A stretch of 63,003 nucleotides of DNA, filler included, from Chrysochromulina tobinii (lineage: Eukaryota): NCBI GenBank assembly GCA_001275005.1. It is 4 parts of 4 records of this genome, joined end to end, with 100 filler letters (N's around TTAATTAATTAA, not from the genome) between each part and the next. Parts side by side here need not be neighbours in the genome. Positions count along the whole stretch, not along the records: positions 56,769 to 63,003 come from JWZX01000820.1; 3 more parts are not named here. One strand, written 5' to 3'. The stretch's first letter is position 1; each line of letters begins with the position of its first letter. The notes under the pieces were generated by a model. It saw nothing but the letters and a program-made list of their open reading frames with translations. It was not told the DNA's origin and searched no databases. The position numbers and the translations under genes are program-made. Positions 56,847 through 63,003 of the stretch are shown here, in pieces.

Positions 56847-59800
56847 GTGCGCCATGTAATCGAGGCACTTGTCGCCGAGCGCTCCCCTTACTTTGACCGC
56901 GCGGGGCTCGAGGAGAATGTGCGCATGCGTGCCAAATTTGGTATCGACGACGAGAAGGAAGTGGTGCTGCACGAGTATGCATGCGCCCTCATGCATGCCG
57001 ACGGGTCGTCCAATGGCAAGATCTACATCACGCGCCAGCTCATCTGCTTCTCGGGCTCCCTGTTCGGGCGCGAGACGCGCGCCATCTTCGGCGTGGCGGA
57101 TATCGTCACCGTGGAGCGAGCGGAGTCGCCGGCGCCCAACACGCTCGTCGTCACCTCGTCCACCACTGAGGAGAAGTTCACCTTTTTGCTCGACTCGACG
57201 CGCGCGCATGCGCTCGCCCTACTCCAGCAGCTCATCGCCATCGTGCACTCCGACCACTCGCTGCTCGCGCCACGCCGGCTGCCCACGCAGGGCCTCGAGC
57301 TACCGCCCGAGCCCATCCTCGAGAAGGCCAAGGCGCCGCTGCAGCCCTTTGCCCAACGCTCCCTCGCACTCTCGCCCTCATGCCTGATCGTCGCGTCTGG
57401 CTGGCGCTACCCGGTGCGTGCCTCCCTGATGACCTCTGATGACCTCTGATGACCTCTGATGACCTCTGATGACCTCCCTCATTAGGTACGTGCCTCGATC
57501 GCCACCGGCAACCCGGCGACGCTGCTGCTGCAGCCGCCGCTCGCGCTGCACAACCTGCTGCCATGCGCTCTTGAGTGGCGCCTCGTGCCGCTGCTCGTCG
57601 ACAAGCGCGAGAGGGTCGAGGAGCGCCTGGGCGGGCATGACTTTTGGGACGAGGGGGACCCGGCGATTGGGTGGGTTAGGGAGCTGCCACCCGAGGGCTG
57701 CCATGACTTCTATGAGCTGCCCTTCTCGGGACGATGGGGTCTGCAGCTGCGCCTCCCCGGCTACGATTGGTCGGCCTCCGTCGCGGTCGACATGACCTCG
57801 AACACCGAGGACACGGAGACGGTGCGCCTTCGCTCGCTCTCGGCCGAATCCAAGGATTTGCGTGTGCAGCTGCGCCATCGTGCGGGAGCGAGCCGGGCGC
57901 GCCACCTGCTCCAAGTGCTCGTCTCGTACTGGCTCGTCAATGGCACCGGGCTCACGCTGCAGTACAAGCGCCGCAAGCAGCTCACGCCCGCGTCCAATGA
58001 CGGCGGCGGTGGCGGCGGCGGCGGCGGGAGCGGCGGCGGCGGCGGCGGGGGCGGCGGCGGCGGCGGGGGGGCCCGCGAGGACAACAGCTCGATCGGTGGT
58101 AACGGCCTCTCGTCGGCGCTCGTGGCGGTGGACAGGGCGCTCGCGACGGCGCGCTCCTCGCACACGGACGACGAGAGCTCGACCTCCGAGATGTCGATCT
58201 CGACCTCCGAGATGTCGATCTCGAGCCCGCTGTCCCGAGCGCGCTCCGGCATGCCCGCGGCCGCGGCCGAGAGAGAGGGCGCGGCCGCCGACAGCTTGCA
58301 GAACACGCTCGACCACGAAGAGATGGGCGCCATGTTGGGCGCCATCGAGGCTGAGGCGGAGGCGGGCCTCGAGGGCGAGCAGTACGCGTCCGACCAGCAG
58401 ACTCTCCTCTACTCGGTGCCCAAGGGTGGCAGGCAAGGACTGCACTGCATTGCCGTGCGCGTGGTGGGCGACACAGCCGGCTTCGTCACAGCCGGCTCCC
58501 GCCAAGCGGAGCGGCAGCCCGAGAAGGCGCAAGGCTGGTCGCCTCCCTTTTCGCTGCTCCTCGGGCCCTTCCAGGCAGAGCGCACCTTCCGTGCCGGCGC
58601 GTACGACCTGGCGGTGGACATCAAGCCCGTGCAGACGGCGGCCCGAGAGCTCACCAAGGTGGTCACCATCGTGCAGCGCTTCTGGCTGTGCAATCAACTG
58701 GATCTCGCTGTCGAAGTGGAGCAGTGGGGCGGGCCGGCTGGCCAACGTCTCGAGCAGCCGCTCATGCCCCTCGCCGTGTCGGAGCGAGCGCCCTTTCATT
58801 GGCCCAATCCCAAGGTGAAGGAGGACGCGAAGCTGCTGCGGCTGCGCGCGGCGCCGGGGCAGGGCGCGGCTGGCTTCTTGCCAACACCCGATCAAGGGTG
58901 GAGCTCGGGCTTCCCGATTGACACGCCGGGCTGCTTCGTGGTCCACTGCGACCAGGGTGTGCCGCCTAGCGAGCCTGGCTGGTGGGCTTCACTGCTGCGC
59001 ATCATGGTCCACGTGCAGCCCATCGGCGCATGCATTGAGATCTCGTTCACACATGCGCCCGTGTCGCCCGCGCCCTACCGGCTGGACAACCGCACACCGT
59101 ACGCCTTCTCAGCACGCCAAAAGGGGGCCGAGCACCTGCTCCCGTTACTGGTGCCGCCTGACAGCCAGGCGCCCTTTGCGTGGCCCGAGTCTTCCCTCGA
59201 GCATGTGCTCTTGTGCTACCTCGCCCCCCCGCCCCCGCCGCACGCCGCCAAGCGGCGCGTTGAGGAGCCCCCTTATGGGCTGCCGCCGCCGGGCGCGTCC
59301 ACGACGGCGTCGCAGCCACGGGGCGCGCGCCCGAGGCCCGAAGTTGAGCCGCTCAAGCCGCGGGAGATGAGGCCGAGATCAGGCCGAGATCAGGCCGAGG
59401 CCAAGCCGACCCTCGTGCGCCTCGATGCGATGATGCGCTCGGTTCCGCTGCCCGTGAGCCCCGCGAGCGCGCTGGCCGAGTGGCTCGGTCTCGAAGACGA
59501 GCAGCCGACGGCGAGCAGCGCACACATTGGCTATTCACACATTGGCGCGGGCGGGCTGGAGCCGCCGCATGTATCTTCGCACGCCAGCACGGTGGCGCCC
59601 GTCATGGCGCCTCGGGCGGCGTGGGTGCATGTTGGGATGCAGGGCGGGCAGCGCGTGCTCACCATCTCGATGGAGCGCATCGAGGCCGAGCTCGCGAGCT
59701 CCGGCGCGGACGAAACCGTCAAGCTCTTTTTGGGCATCTCGCTCCATTCGATCGGCATCTCGATCGTGCACGCCGGGCATGAGGAGCTACTGTACGTGAG

Positions 59801-62161
59801 TGGGCAGCAGCTGAGTGTCGACTACGTGCTCTCGAAGCGCACGGCCACGATCGAGGCGACACTGCTCGCGTTCCAGATCGACAACCAGCAGGCCTCCGCG
59901 ACGCTGCCCGCCGTCCTCTCCCTCACCCCCGGCGCAGGCGCAGGCGCAGGCGCAGGCGCAGGCGCAGGCGCAGGCGCAGGCGCAGGCGCAGGCGCAGGCG
60001 CAAGCGTCGGCGCAGGCGTCGGCGCAGGCGGCGGCGCAGGCGGCGCTGAGGAGTCGCAGCCTCCGGCGGCGCACCTGAGCATCGTAAAGGATCTCCGCAT
60101 GCAAGGCGGCGCGGTGGACTGGTGGGACTACGTCTCCTTCCGCCTCCTCGAGATCGACGTGGCGCTCGAGCCGTTACTGATCCAGTCGGTGCTCGACTTC
60201 ACACTCGCGTCCGAGCTGCTCGGGCTGATCTCGTTAATCTCCGAGCTCACGCCCAAGCAGACGGACGAGGCGCTGCGCGAGCGCGCCGCACGGCGCGTGG
60301 CGCGCCAGGCGCTGCGAACCGAGCTGCTTCGGTATGGGGAGGCGCAGCGGCGGTGGTACTTTGGCAAGCTCGAGCTGCACCCGGTCAAGCTCAACCTCAC
60401 CTTTCGCCAGCCGCAGCCGCACGGCGAGGCCTTCACGGAGGCGTTCACGCTACCGATCCCGAGCGTCGATGGAGCGCCACTCTGCTTGTCGGCGCTCATT
60501 CGCGAGCATCTGTACGGTCTGCCCGATGACCTCATCGTCGCCATCGGCAAGCATTATCTCTTCGCGCTGCTCCGGCAGGTGATGACCTCTTCGTGATGAC
60601 CTCGTGATGACCTCTTCGCGATTACCTCTTGATTACCAATTGGGTCGAAGCGCTGATGACCTCAGATGCTCGCTAATGACCTCGGATGACCTCTGAGTGC
60701 CTCCCTTCATCGGCTGTTACGGCAGGTATACCGCGTCATCCTGCGTGTCGAGCCGACGGGCGCGTCCGACTTTGTGCGCACGCTTGGCACGGGTGTCAAG
60801 GATCTCTTCTACCTGCCCGCGAAGGCCGTCGTGCGCTCCCCACGCGATTTCGGACGCGCCGTCGCAGCGGGGGGCGCTTCGTTCGCACGCGGCGTGATGC
60901 TCGCGCCGGCGCGTCCGGCGGGTAAGATGGCCGCGTCTCTGCTGAGCTCGACAGATCGAGCGCTGCAGGCGATGGCCATGACGTCTTCCGGAGGGGCCCT
61001 GACGGTGAGCGGCGCGGGCGGCGGCCGACCAGAGCAGGAGTACCACTGATGACGACTGATGATTGCATGCTGATTGCCTTTCCCATCAGGTGAGCGGCGC
61101 GGCGGCGGCCTACCAGAGCAGGAGTACCACTGATGACGACTGATGATTGCATGCTGATTGCCTTCCCCATCAGGTGAGCGGCGCGGCGGCGGCCGACCAG
61201 AGCAGGAGCACCACCACTGATGACGACTGATGGCCTCTGAGCTCCACTGATTGCCTTCCGCATCAGGTGAGCGGCGCGGCGGCCGAGCGGAGCGGTGGTC
61301 GCATGCTCTTGCAGGGAGCGACTGGATTCGGCAGGGGGGTGCTCCACGGTGCCGTGGGCCTCGTGCAGGAGCCGTACATGGGAGCGCGCCGTCGCGGTGC
61401 GTGCGGCTTTGCCGTCGGCGTTGGCAAGGGGCTTGCGGGCGCGGTGATCCGGCCGACGGCCGGAGTGCTCCAGCTGACCAATAACATGGCGGGCGCGTGG
61501 GTGGCGATGACTCATGGACTCACGGGCGGCGAAGGCGGCGAAGGCGGCGCCGGCGGCACGCGCGGCCCTGGACGAGTACGCCCGCCACGTATGTTGCACG
61601 ACCAGCTGAGGCGGATTGCGCCCTTTTCGATGGCTGAGGCGCTCGCGCGGCACGTGCTCACGACGGCGGAGGAGGGCCAGTACTTGCAAGAGCCGTTGCT
61701 GCACTGCGACCTGCTCGGCGAGGCAGGCACCACGAGCGCCGTGATCGCCGTGCTCACTGGGATCCGTCTACTCACCGTCGACTCGAGCACATGGCGCGTG
61801 CAGCTCAACGTGCCGTTGCGCAAGCTGGACTGCAGTCGCGTATGGACCGCCGAGTCCGCAGCACGTTCTCTTGCTGCTCCTCGAGCCCAAGCGCGCGGCA
61901 GCCGCCGCGGCGGCGGCTGGGGCGGCAGCGGCGGCCGCCTCGGCCTACGGCGAGTCGCCCTCGACGGCCAAGCTGCCTAATATGGGGTCGGCCGAGTTGC
62001 GCAGCCTCGCGTGCCACTCTGAGGATGCGGCGGCCACGCTGCACGACCACCTCGTGGACGCGCTCGCCTCCCTGCGCGCGCGCCGGCGCATCTGGCACTC
62101 GGCGCGCTCGGGCTCGGGCGTGAGTCAGCGCGAGCACCATCCCATCTCCGCCGCGCTTTGA
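56847..62161 (+). CDS. VPS13: VPS13-family lipid transfer protein, C-terminal part with a GRAM domain; introns 57414-57485, 60579-60725, 61005-61266; apparent frameshift near 61834
   Basis: VAB repeats (PPLALHNLLP, YWLVNGTG, RFWLCNQL, PYRLDNRT), FQIDNQ, LGTGVKDLFYLP, GVGKGLAGAVIRP and RVRPPR. Confidence 0.85.
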
Positions 62162-62843
62162 TGAGCTCTGATGGCACTGTTGTGGTGAGCGGCGGGCCCA
62201 CTCGGAGCTGAGGACTTGACTTTCTAATTGAACTTTGAGGAGCCCAGCGCGCTGGAGAGCGCGGAACTGCCACCGCGTCGCTAACCCAAGCCGCAGTGAA
62301 GTGAGATCATTGGACTCTGAGTGCGTAGACCTATAGATATTAGAACTTGTAGTCCACGCCCGATTGGCAATTGCAATGGTTGCGCAGCCATGCCCGCCCC
62401 CGACGCCCTATCTACTTGTATATCGGAAGGGAGGTCTCGGGTCCGTGCGGGCCACATGCGTCATCAATCCGATCCGGTCACATGCATCCGGTCTCGTGAT
62501 TGGATCATACCTAGAAATACCTAGTAGGAAGGTGCTGAGAAGTCTGAGATTACTGATTCTGTTTCACTCAAAAGGAGGACTGGACGATGAGATCCGGTCC
62601 ATGCATCATGCCATGGTGGGTTCTAGCGCTTGCGCTAGATTGGTTGTCTTCCAGAGTGAACAACGTTAAGGGCGGCAGGCGCAACACCTCGACCCGTACT
62701 GTCGAGCCCGGAGCGCCGGCGGGCGGGTGAAACTACAACATGCGTGCAACGTGCATGCATGCACGCATCCCATGAATATACAGAAGCATACTGTGCTTAC
62801 CAAATCTGGCAAGCGAGATCCGTAATTGTGTGGCCCAGGAACG

Positions 62844-62930
62844 CCTTTCTGGGTCATCAATACTTCTGGGTCAATACTATTGACCCAGAAAGGTCGCCTT
62901 TCTGGGTCAATACTAATGACCCAGAAAGGT
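62844..62930. repeat. Tandem palindromic hairpins (TTCTGGGTCA...TGACCCAGAA)
   Basis: A perfect 13-bp arm palindrome at 62864-62890 and a second 13-bp arm copy at 62897-62929. Confidence 0.8.
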
Positions 62931-63003
62931 CTCCTGAGATTCTCCTGAGACGTCGCCCAAAGCGCGCGCATTCTGATCCTGGTCAGCGGCTCCGCCGCGT
63001 TTG

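Noticed and set aside
59930..60045. (GCAGGC)n hexamer run, and (GAC)n runs at 9720 and 10530
   Set aside because: Ordinary in-frame low-complexity Gly-Ala and Asp tracts.

Overview
This is GC-rich eukaryotic genomic DNA, most likely from a haptophyte alga of the Chrysochromulina type (inferred from gene content and intron style). It is made of four contigs joined by artificial 100-nt N/TTAATTAATTAA spacers. About 22 protein genes are supported: a UBA protein fragment, a double-UBL/BAG-like protein, a Myb plus zinc-finger regulator, a WD40 protein, a ZnT5/7-like transporter, two TPR proteins, RFC1, RPL14, an N-extended TPI, a NEO1/ATP9 flippase, a CREST-like membrane protein, an ankyrin-FYVE PIKfyve/Fab1, a cNMP-binding protein, a PDI-like protein, an EF-hand protein, cyclophilin, a GH43-like hydrolase, TOP3A, mago nashi, a NUDIX hydrolase, a PatB/MalY enzyme and the VPS13 3' part. 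Four structures stand out. (1) About 20 spliceosomal introns are built from sense-strand decamer repeats (CTGATGRCCT...CTCCCTCATCAG) plus a duplicate of the flanking exon, sometimes stacked in tandem; this looks like an intron-generating process. (2) The WD40 gene has one repeat per symmetric exon, homologous introns and hypervariable surface positions. (3) An AT-richer island carries short orphan ORFs punctuated by a conserved GCGCC-N6-GGCGC element. (4) Inverted (CAAGT)n arrays sit in divergent promoters. All exon boundaries were read by eye and need RNA-seq confirmation.
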